NCBI RefSeq assembly: GCF_051307035.1
Contig: NZ_CP195536.1
Coordinates: 1,920,001 to 1,952,000, forward strand
Direction: 5' to 3'
From: Psychrobacter sp. DM4
GTDB lineage: Bacteria; Pseudomonadota; Gammaproteobacteria; Pseudomonadales; Moraxellaceae
DNA length: 32,000 nt
The notes below the pieces were generated by a model. It was not told the DNA's origin. It ran no database searches and was given only the letters and a program-made list of their open reading frames with translations. Made by a program: the position numbers and the translations under genes. Of the stretch, positions 25,736 through 32,000 are shown in pieces. Every line of letters starts with the position of its first letter. Positions within the stretch are counted from its first letter, which is position 1.

Positions 25736-27361
25736 ATGTCATTGTCTCACTTAACGCTAAGTCGTTACTATTTAAGTCTGACGCTTGGGTTGTCATTGAT
25801 GCTAAGTGGCTGTCAAGCACTACCCAATCAACCTCATTTACCTGATAGTCAAAATTTATCAGCACGGCTAAACGCCCTTTATCAAGACAACAATAACGAT
25901 AGTACGGTTAGGGTCAGTACGGATCTGATAGATGCCATAAGTGAGCAAAACGACATTCATCCTGAGCTCTCAGGCTATCACCCTATCATTACAGGCGCTA
26001 ACGCCTTTGCTTCTCGTAGTATTTTGACCGATATGGCCACGCGCAGCATCGATGTACAGTACTATATCTGGCACAACGATCAAGCCGGACAGTTGATGCT
26101 CAAGGATCTGTGGGAGGCCGCTGAGCGCGGGGTCATTGTGCGCTTGTTGATTGATGATTTTAATAGTAGCGCTGAGCTCGATCAGACTTTGCTACGCTTT
26201 GCAAGCCACCCTAACACTGCGGTACGTATTATCAATCCTTTAATGCATCGTAAGTTTCAGACACTAAACTTTGTCACCGGTTTGCCGCGTATCAATCGAC
26301 GTATGCATAATAAGAGCATGATATTTGATAAACAAATTACCATTATCGGTGGTCGTAATATTGGAGATGAGTATTTAAGTAACGATCAAAGCAGTCAATT
26401 TGCAGATTTGGACGTTTTATTAATAGGTAAAGTCGTCGCCGATATTGACAATAGCTTTACCAGTTATTGGTCAGCGCCCATCTCTTTTGATATAGAGACA
26501 CTCGTTAGCTTAGATGAAGGGGCGACGACTGACTTTTTGAATGGCTTAAGTAAGCTCAGAGAAGAAGAGAAAAGCAACACGAAAAGTAGTTTAGCCGTTT
26601 ATCGAAATGCAATCGATGACTCAACCATAGATGAGGATCTAATTAATAAACAGGTGCCCTTTCGCTGGACGGATATGCAGTTTTTAAGTGATGACGTAGG
26701 TAAACTGACGAAATCTGTCGCTAGCGATACCAACTTAGTCCATCAACTGCGCACCTTGCTTGGGAGTCCATCCGAAAAACTCACTATAATCTCCTCTTAC
26801 TTTGTACCTACAAAGGACGGTGTTGAGACTTTGGTTGCACTAGCGAACTCTGGTATTGAGATTAGAATATTGACCAACTCTTTTGATGCGACAGATGTCA
26901 CCGCGGTGCATTCAGGATACAGTAAATGGCGACCTGAGCTCTTGCGAGCGGGCATCAAGATATATGAGCTAAAGTCAACCGCCAGCGAAGAAAAGCGCGA
27001 CAATAAATTGTGGCGAGCTCGCAGTCAGTCATCAACCAGCTTACACGCCAAAACCTTTGCTATCGATGACCATCAAGTATTTATTGGCTCGTATAATGTC
27101 GACCCACGCTCTGCTAATATTAACACTGAAATGGGTGTGATCATCAATGACGATGAGCTTGCGCGGCAATTACATGAAGCAATTGGTGACGATCTGCTGA
27201 TGCAGGCTTATGAAGTCAAACTCGTAGATGAGGATAGTCTTCAGTGGCATACGATCGAAAACGGCAAACCTGTTGTCTATGATAACGAACCACGAGTCGA
27301 TATGAGTGACCATATCTGGCTTACTATATTATCTTTGCTACCTATCGACTGGCTACTGTAG
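25736..27361 (+). CDS. Phospholipase D / cardiolipin-synthase-like family lipoprotein
   Basis: There are two HKD motifs (HNKSMIFD and HAKTFAID, each followed by IGG/IGS..N) and a lipoprotein signal with lipobox LSGC. Confidence 0.8.
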   Translation: MSLSHLTLSRYYLSLTLGLSLMLSGCQALPNQPHLPDSQNLSARLNALYQDNNNDSTVRVSTDLIDAISEQNDIHPELSGYHPIITGANAFASRSILTDMATRSIDVQYYIWHNDQAGQLMLKDLWEAAERGVIVRLLIDDFNSSAELDQTLLRFASHPNTAVRIINPLMHRKFQTLNFVTGLPRINRRMHNKSMIFDKQITIIGGRNIGDEYLSNDQSSQFADLDVLLIGKVVADIDNSFTSYWSAPISFDIETLVSLDEGATTDFLNGLSKLREEEKSNTKSSLAVYRNAIDDSTIDEDLINKQVPFRWTDMQFLSDDVGKLTKSVASDTNLVHQLRTLLGSPSEKLTIISSYFVPTKDGVETLVALANSGIEIRILTNSFDATDVTAVHSGYSKWRPELLRAGIKIYELKSTASEEKRDNKLWRARSQSSTSLHAKTFAIDDHQVFIGSYNVDPRSANINTEMGVIINDDELARQLHEAIGDDLLMQAYEVKLVDEDSLQWHTIENGKPVVYDNEPRVDMSDHIWLTILSLLPIDWLL

Positions 27362-27503
27362 TTGTTTTTAACCCTCTTTTTATACCTTGTCTATTTTTGA
27401 ACATTAGGATCAGTCACTACGGTGAATGGTCTGTTTTTGTGCTTAAAGGATAACTTTTGTGCACCTATTTTGGTCTCGGTCTTAACTTGTGGATTAAGTA
27501 TTT

Positions 27504-28817
27504 ATGCCTTCTCGTTCTCAGTATAAGCTGATGTCGTCAAATAATAGAAACACGATTGTGTTTATCTGCTTTAGCACTGCTGTGACTTTCTTTGATTTTT
27601 TGATTTACCTGTATATTGCAGATACGGTTGCCACCGCTATATTTCCTGGTGTCATAGATGTCAATGTTGCAAAACTACAAGGATTGGGGCTATTTGCCGT
27701 CGGCTATTTAGCGCGGCCTTTGGGCGGTATTATTTTTGGACGTTATGGTGATATAAAGGGTCGAAAACCGGTTCTTCTTATCAGTATGCTCGTCACCGCC
27801 AGTAGTTTACTGGCTATGGCATGCCTGCCAACATATGCACAGTGGGGTATTGTGGCACCTGTGCTCTTTATTTCACTACGCTTGATTCAAGGTATGTCTT
27901 TTGGAGTTTTTGTGCCTTTGTCTTGGGTATTTGTAGCTGAGCATGTTCCGCGTCAGTATCTATCGGTAGGCTGCGCTTATGTGACGGCCAGTTTTTTTAT
28001 TGGTGTATTATTCTCTAACGGGTTTTTTATCTGGCTTGAGAATACCTTGGCCTTTGAGCAGATGGTTGATTACGGCTGGCGTATTCCTTTCTTTGTCGCT
28101 GCTGCCTTGAGTTTTTTGCCTCTTCTATTTTGGCGCCGTGTTAAAGAGACGCCCTTTTTTGTCAGTATGAAAGAGTCAGACGACGACGTTAAGTATGTTA
28201 GGCGTACCAATAAGCCCTTCTCCTTACTCTTTAAATACTGCAAGCACTCAATATTTATAAGTATGATGCTGACATTGGTCATATCTAGCATTACATTAGT
28301 TATTGTGCTCATACTACCCGATTTAATTGAGTTACGTTTTTCTCCTGATAACGATGTATTTGGCCTCTCACATAGTCTTGGTGTGGTGTTTATGATTTTG
28401 GGCTGTGTGTTTTATGGCATAATCTCAAATTATCAAAACTTTGGCAAAGTACTAGTCATTGGCTCGATTTTACTCATAAGCCAAATCTTCGCCTTTTATT
28501 ATCACCTGCAGGCGGGCGGTGATTATCTTCTGATTATGTTTGCCGTCTTGGGATTTAGCGCCGGTATTGTCGGTATGGTACCTGCCATCTTGATACAACT
28601 GTTTCCAACCAATGTGCGTCTGACAGGCCTCTCTTTTTCTTATAACATTACTTATGGTATCGTCGGTGGCCTAATTCCATTCGGTCTTGGCTACGCCACT
28701 TTGGTCATAAGTTTTGCGCCGGCATTATATATTGCTTTTATCAGCATTATTGGCATTATGATGGGATTATATTTTTACAACTTACCTGAGATGAAAACGA
28801 TTGACGATACGATTTAA
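27504..28817 (+). CDS. MFS transporter (metabolite:H+ symporter-like)
   Basis: About 12 predicted hydrophobic helices and the MFS loop 2-3 motif GRYGDIKGRKP. The start could also be the ATG at 27531. The substrate is unknown. Confidence 0.8.
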   Translation: MPSRSQYKLMSSNNRNTIVFICFSTAVTFFDFLIYLYIADTVATAIFPGVIDVNVAKLQGLGLFAVGYLARPLGGIIFGRYGDIKGRKPVLLISMLVTASSLLAMACLPTYAQWGIVAPVLFISLRLIQGMSFGVFVPLSWVFVAEHVPRQYLSVGCAYVTASFFIGVLFSNGFFIWLENTLAFEQMVDYGWRIPFFVAAALSFLPLLFWRRVKETPFFVSMKESDDDVKYVRRTNKPFSLLFKYCKHSIFISMMLTLVISSITLVIVLILPDLIELRFSPDNDVFGLSHSLGVVFMILGCVFYGIISNYQNFGKVLVIGSILLISQIFAFYYHLQAGGDYLLIMFAVLGFSAGIVGMVPAILIQLFPTNVRLTGLSFSYNITYGIVGGLIPFGLGYATLVISFAPALYIAFISIIGIMMGLYFYNLPEMKTIDDTI

Positions 28818-28887
28818 AGCGCTTGAACCTTGATGCTTCAAAAAAAGTAAACAGCCCCTAGATCAAAAAGTAATAAAGGCGATAAAA

Positions 28888-29859
28888 ATGCTTGATATGA
28901 CTCAAAAACGCCTGTCTGTTGCGCCGATGATTGACTGGACGACAACAGACTATCGCTATTTTGCACGCCAGTTCAACCCGCACGTCTATCTATATACTGA
29001 GATGATCAGTACAGGTGCGCTGATACATGGTTATAGAGACAGGCATTTGCGCTTTGATACCTGTGAGCATCCACTAGTGTTACAGCTTGGCGGCGCTGAT
29101 ATTGACGAGATGACTCAGTGCGCTGTATTTGCCCAGCGCTATGGTTATGATGAGGTCAACATCAATGTCGGTTGTCCCTCTGATCGTGTTCAGCATAACA
29201 AGATTGGCGCGTGCCTTATGGCAGAGCCAAAGACAGTCGCAGATTTAGTCAAGCACATGCAAGCGGCCGTTGATATTCCAGTCACGGTCAAGCACCGCAT
29301 TGGTATCGATGATTTTGATAGTTACGAGTTTATGAGCGACTTTGTACAGACGGTCGCTGACGCCAACTGTCAGCGTTTTATCGTACATGCGCGTACCGCT
29401 TGGCTACAAGGTCTTAGTCCCAAGCAAAACCGCGAAATCCCGCCGCTACGCTATGATGATGTCTATCGTCTCAAACAAGACTTTCCAGATCTGATGATAG
29501 AGATCAACGGCGGTATAGAAACCGTCGCAGATATAACCGCGCACTTGCAACATATTGATGGGGTAATGATAGGCCGCGCGTTTTACCATAATCCATATCT
29601 ATTGGCAGAGGCTAATAGTTTATGGGACGCCCCTATTCCTAAGCGCTCAGATATTTTAGCCAAGCTTTATCCTTATCTAGAGGAGCAAGTGGCAAAGGGT
29701 GAGCGTTTGCCAACGATGGCGCGGCATTATCTAGGGCTGTTTCAAGGGTTAGCAGGAGCGCGCAAATGGCGGCAGGCATTGAGTGGTAAACCTGATTTGA
29801 CTATCGCAGAGATACAACAAGCCGCGGATGAGATTTTGCAGCTCAATCCTGATATTTAA
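28888..29859 (+). CDS. dusA: tRNA dihydrouridine(20/20a) synthase
   Basis: The protein appears collinear with remembered E. coli DusA: SVAPMIDWT, NINVGCPSDRV (catalytic Cys), VKHRIGIDD, HARTAWLQGLSPKQNREIPPL. Confidence 0.9.
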   Translation: MLDMTQKRLSVAPMIDWTTTDYRYFARQFNPHVYLYTEMISTGALIHGYRDRHLRFDTCEHPLVLQLGGADIDEMTQCAVFAQRYGYDEVNINVGCPSDRVQHNKIGACLMAEPKTVADLVKHMQAAVDIPVTVKHRIGIDDFDSYEFMSDFVQTVADANCQRFIVHARTAWLQGLSPKQNREIPPLRYDDVYRLKQDFPDLMIEINGGIETVADITAHLQHIDGVMIGRAFYHNPYLLAEANSLWDAPIPKRSDILAKLYPYLEEQVAKGERLPTMARHYLGLFQGLAGARKWRQALSGKPDLTIAEIQQAADEILQLNPDI

Positions 29860-29905
29860 CGTTTAGCATTTGATATCAGATATCAGACATTAAACCTAAG
29901 TCAGC

Positions 29906-30682
29906 TCAGCTTACTTGTGAGATGTATAGCCACATAGCGATACCGTTGTTGATGATATGAAGCAAAATAGGTAACCACAAAGAGCCTGATCTGATTCTCG
30001 CATAACTGAACAGCAGAGCGAGCAGCACAATAGTACTGATCTCATACCAGCCGTATTGAATGTGAATGAGCGCGAAAACTAAGCTAGTCACTACGCTGGC
30101 AACAATAGCGCCGCGTGAACCTCTAAACTGCTCGCTAATCGCTGACCACAAGATACCGCGAAATACCAACTCTTCATAGATAGGCGCTGCGATCACTATC
30201 GCAAAGATGAGTAGCCACACAGAGCTCACCGACTGGTACAAAGGGTCGACGAAGACCAGCGGCGTTGCCTCTATCCAATACGTTACTGCCTGACTACCAA
30301 GCGCAAACAGCAGTAGCAGCGCGAACATACCTATACTTACGGCAATCGAAAAAGGTTTGAGCGCCAAATACAGTTTGATGCTCCCGCCCTTTGAGCGAAT
30401 AACAAATGAAATAACAGTCGTAATAAGTAAACTTGCGATGATAATTGAGACACTCACGACGGTGCCATCGTTACTGCCGATAAAGAAAAGAGTACCAATC
30501 GATAGCGTTTTTGCTGCTGGCAAATACAACTTGCCTGCGATATATACGCCTACCAACTGGCTCACAAAAAAGCTCATGACCATACCGATAATCAGCGCGA
30601 TTACGCCAAATTTTGAGAATAGTGGTGTAGAAGATTTATATTTCATCATCTCACTATCAGTAGCGTTTGATACATCAGGCAT
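29906..30682 (-). CDS. CPBP family (CAAX/Abi) intramembrane glutamic endopeptidase
   Basis: The protein is polytopic and carries the CPBP motifs EELVFRG, FALIH and HIINN. Confidence 0.8.
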   Translation of the reverse strand: MPDVSNATDSEMMKYKSSTPLFSKFGVIALIIGMVMSFFVSQLVGVYIAGKLYLPAAKTLSIGTLFFIGSNDGTVVSVSIIIASLLITTVISFVIRSKGGSIKLYLALKPFSIAVSIGMFALLLLFALGSQAVTYWIEATPLVFVDPLYQSVSSVWLLIFAIVIAAPIYEELVFRGILWSAISEQFRGSRGAIVASVVTSLVFALIHIQYGWYEISTIVLLALLFSYARIRSGSLWLPILLHIINNGIAMWLYISQVS

Positions 30683-30729
30683 AATATTTCGATAACATAG
30701 TAGTTTGACTCAGAGTATCTTATAAGATA

Positions 30730-30759
30730 CCTACTGGCTATTTATACACCGCCAGTAGG
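30730..30759 (-). terminator. Hairpin downstream of the alpha/beta hydrolase gene (possible terminator)
   Basis: A 9-bp stem CCTACTGGC (30730-30738) / GCCAGTAGG (30751-30759) lies 23 nt after the stop at 30782. The trailing sequence on the minus strand (TATCTTATAAG) is only weakly T-rich. Confidence 0.35.
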
Positions 30760-30781
30760 TATAAAAACAATAACTACTGAC

Positions 30782-31675
30782 CTATTGGGTTTTTAGCTGC
30801 TTTGCAATTAGGTCAAGCACTTGCGCGGATACACTATCTGGATACTCAAGGGGGAACATATGACCGCCTTTATGTGTCTCAAAATCTATGCCCAAGCGAG
30901 CTTTTATTTTTTGTGGAAATCTACGCTTTAGAAAAATACTCTCCTGCCCAATGATTAACGTAACTGGTGGATTAGGAGCATGATTTGGAGTTAGCCAATA
31001 CAATGAGGGATTAGTGCGAAATACAGCAACTTCGTTTTTTTTGGGAATAGCCAAAGTCACTTTACCATCTGCACGCTCATGTAACCCATGCTCGATATAA
31101 CCCTCAAAGCTACGCTCATCAAAATTCTTAAAAAACCCCTTATTGCGCATTTGCTCATAGGCATCGGCTCGACTATCCCAAACATCACGGCGATGTTTTG
31201 ATATTCCTGAGGGCGACAATTTATCCATCGAACGATTATTCATCATTGGTAATTTATCTACCGTTTTGGCTAGATGCATCAGAAAATTGCTACGTCCATA
31301 TATCAAAGGCGGATCCATGAGTACCGCCTGATTAAAGCGTTTGGGCGCTCGGTACAGTGCTTGCAAAGTACACATTGCTCCTAATGAATGACCGACAGCA
31401 ACAAGCTGCTCTACGCCGTGCTCTCGGCAAGTACGCTCAACACTATCTATAACCTGCTGGGTGAGACGACGCCAATGATCATCGACAGGATAATCAGGCT
31501 CAGCGCCCAACATAGGAATGTATTCAACCGTAAAAAACTCACTTAAACCTGCAAAAAAAGGCTCGTAAACTGCGCTTGGCATGCCATTAGCATGAGCAAA
31601 ATGTAGGATAGGTTTTTGAGTTTTAGTCGATATCGGTAGCGAGGCAAAGGTTTGCGAGTTGATGGTACTCATCAT
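30782..31675 (-). CDS. Alpha/beta hydrolase fold protein
   Basis: The nucleophile elbow GHSLGA and a C-terminal His in KGGHMFPLE are present, and the N-terminal HFAHANG matches the oxyanion region. The substrate is unknown. Confidence 0.7.
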   Translation of the reverse strand: MMSTINSQTFASLPISTKTQKPILHFAHANGMPSAVYEPFFAGLSEFFTVEYIPMLGAEPDYPVDDHWRRLTQQVIDSVERTCREHGVEQLVAVGHSLGAMCTLQALYRAPKRFNQAVLMDPPLIYGRSNFLMHLAKTVDKLPMMNNRSMDKLSPSGISKHRRDVWDSRADAYEQMRNKGFFKNFDERSFEGYIEHGLHERADGKVTLAIPKKNEVAVFRTNPSLYWLTPNHAPNPPVTLIIGQESIFLKRRFPQKIKARLGIDFETHKGGHMFPLEYPDSVSAQVLDLIAKQLKTQ

Positions 31676-31772
31676 AGGGCGCTCTTGTGGTTTTTGTTGA
31701 TATCAAACATAGAATTATAGACTAAATTGAACAGTGATAACCCTGAAATTTCGTTGAGGTTAAGATAGATGC

Positions 31773-31806
31773 AAAAAAGGCTGAACATTTTTAGTTCAGC
31801 CTTTTT
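31773..31806. terminator. Bidirectional rho-independent terminator
   Basis: The stem GGCTGAAC (31779-31786) / GTTCAGCC (31794-31801) has AAAAAA upstream and TTTTT downstream. Confidence 0.7.
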
Positions 31807-31833
31807 GTAGCTCAGTGAGTGTTGAGAACAATA

Positions 31834-32000
31834 CTAGCGCATCTCAGCATTGCCTTCTTGCTGCGGTAGTAGGTCGAGATTAACGCTTGAGCCGATACCT
31901 GCCCCTAATTTTATAGCAAAACGATCCATAAGCGACTGGAACGGATCTATTGGCGTATAGTTGACGACATTATCAAGCTCTAACTGCTTCTCTAAACTTG
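31834..32000 (-). CDS. 3' end of an unidentified protein-coding gene that continues beyond the window
   Basis: This ORF is not in the supplied track because it is too short inside the window. By manual translation the minus-strand frame is open for 55 codons from the window edge to TAG (31836-31834): ...LEKQLELDNVVNYTPIDPFQSLMDRFAIKLGAGIGSSVNLDLLPQQEGNAEMR. The strong terminator at 31773-31806 follows 28 nt downstream. I recognise no family. Confidence 0.4.
   Translation of the reverse strand, partial: SLEKQLELDNVVNYTPIDPFQSLMDRFAIKLGAGIGSSVNLDLLPQQEGNAEMR

Noticed and set aside
25736-27361. The PLD-family protein as a nuclease-type defence effector.
   Set aside because: It has a lipoprotein export signal and the two-HKD cardiolipin-synthase/phospholipase layout. 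It has no partner genes typical of defence systems.
27395-27412. TTGAACATTAGGA in the PLD/MFS spacer resembles the MITE end (TTGAACATTCAAATATTAGGA) with an 8-nt deletion.
   Set aside because: The match is only 13 nt and requires a gap. There is no partner inverted repeat nearby, so it is too weak to call a second element.
28818-28960. The dusA 5' end as an integration hotspot for dusA-specific integrase islands.
   Set aside because: dusA looks intact from its N-terminus. There is no integrase, no duplicated dusA 5' fragment and no island-like gene content upstream, only the MFS transporter.
29906-30682. The CPBP/Abi protease as a bacteriocin self-immunity or abortive-infection gene.
   Set aside because: There is no adjacent small peptide, bacteriocin or transporter gene. 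Its neighbours are dusA and a generic hydrolase. CPBP genes are common stand-alone housekeeping membrane proteases.
1-32000. CRISPR arrays, tRNA or rRNA genes, integrons, prophage or conjugative modules, and toxin-antitoxin pairs.
   Set aside because: Reading both strands by eye, I found no regularly spaced direct repeats, no cloverleaf-like conserved tRNA motifs in intergenic regions, no integrase, recombinase or phage structural genes, and no small adjacent ORF pairs. By-eye absence is not proof. tRNAscan-SE, CRISPRCasFinder and a defence-system scanner should be run to confirm.

Overview
This 32-kb window looks like an ordinary chromosomal segment of a moderately AT-rich gammaproteobacterium. 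The proteins resemble Moraxellaceae/Psychrobacter, but that is from memory and no search was run. Most of the window is core metabolism and housekeeping. In order: two convergent succinate/glutarate-semialdehyde dehydrogenase paralogues; a glutarate catabolic set (class III CoA-transferase and glutaryl-CoA dehydrogenase) with a divergent IclR regulator; a membrane-anchored GltB-domain-2-like FMN protein coupled to a DUF2233/YigE-like lipoprotein; a MoxR-type AAA+ ATPase and VWA protein operon; a membrane protein and YcgL; a tandem glycine riboswitch driving gcvT-gcvH, then a nitroreductase gene, then gcvP; a small, modestly GC-richer patch (transglutaminase-like gene, SDR gene stub, IS110-family transposase relic); an alpha/beta hydrolase; rnd; recR; ybaB; metZ; a phospholipase-D-family lipoprotein; an MFS transporter; dusA; a CPBP intramembrane protease; a second alpha/beta hydrolase; and the 3' end of an unlisted ORF at the right edge. 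I found no CRISPR array, tRNA or rRNA gene, intact transposase or integrase, or recognisable multi-gene defence or toxin system. The candidates for undescribed biology are modest. They are (1) a 307-bp MITE-like, heavily structured element with perfect 23-bp terminal inverted repeats that seems to have landed in a terminator hairpin; (2) an architecturally atypical tandem glycine riboswitch; (3) a gcv operon interrupted by a nitroreductase gene that has its own promoter-like signals; (4) the decayed foreign patch after gcvP, which starts next to a duplicated copy of the gcvP 3' end; and (5) two conserved-looking gene pairs of unknown function (FMN protein with DUF2233 lipoprotein, MoxR with VWA). 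All family assignments rest on motifs read in the supplied translations and on remembered family signatures.
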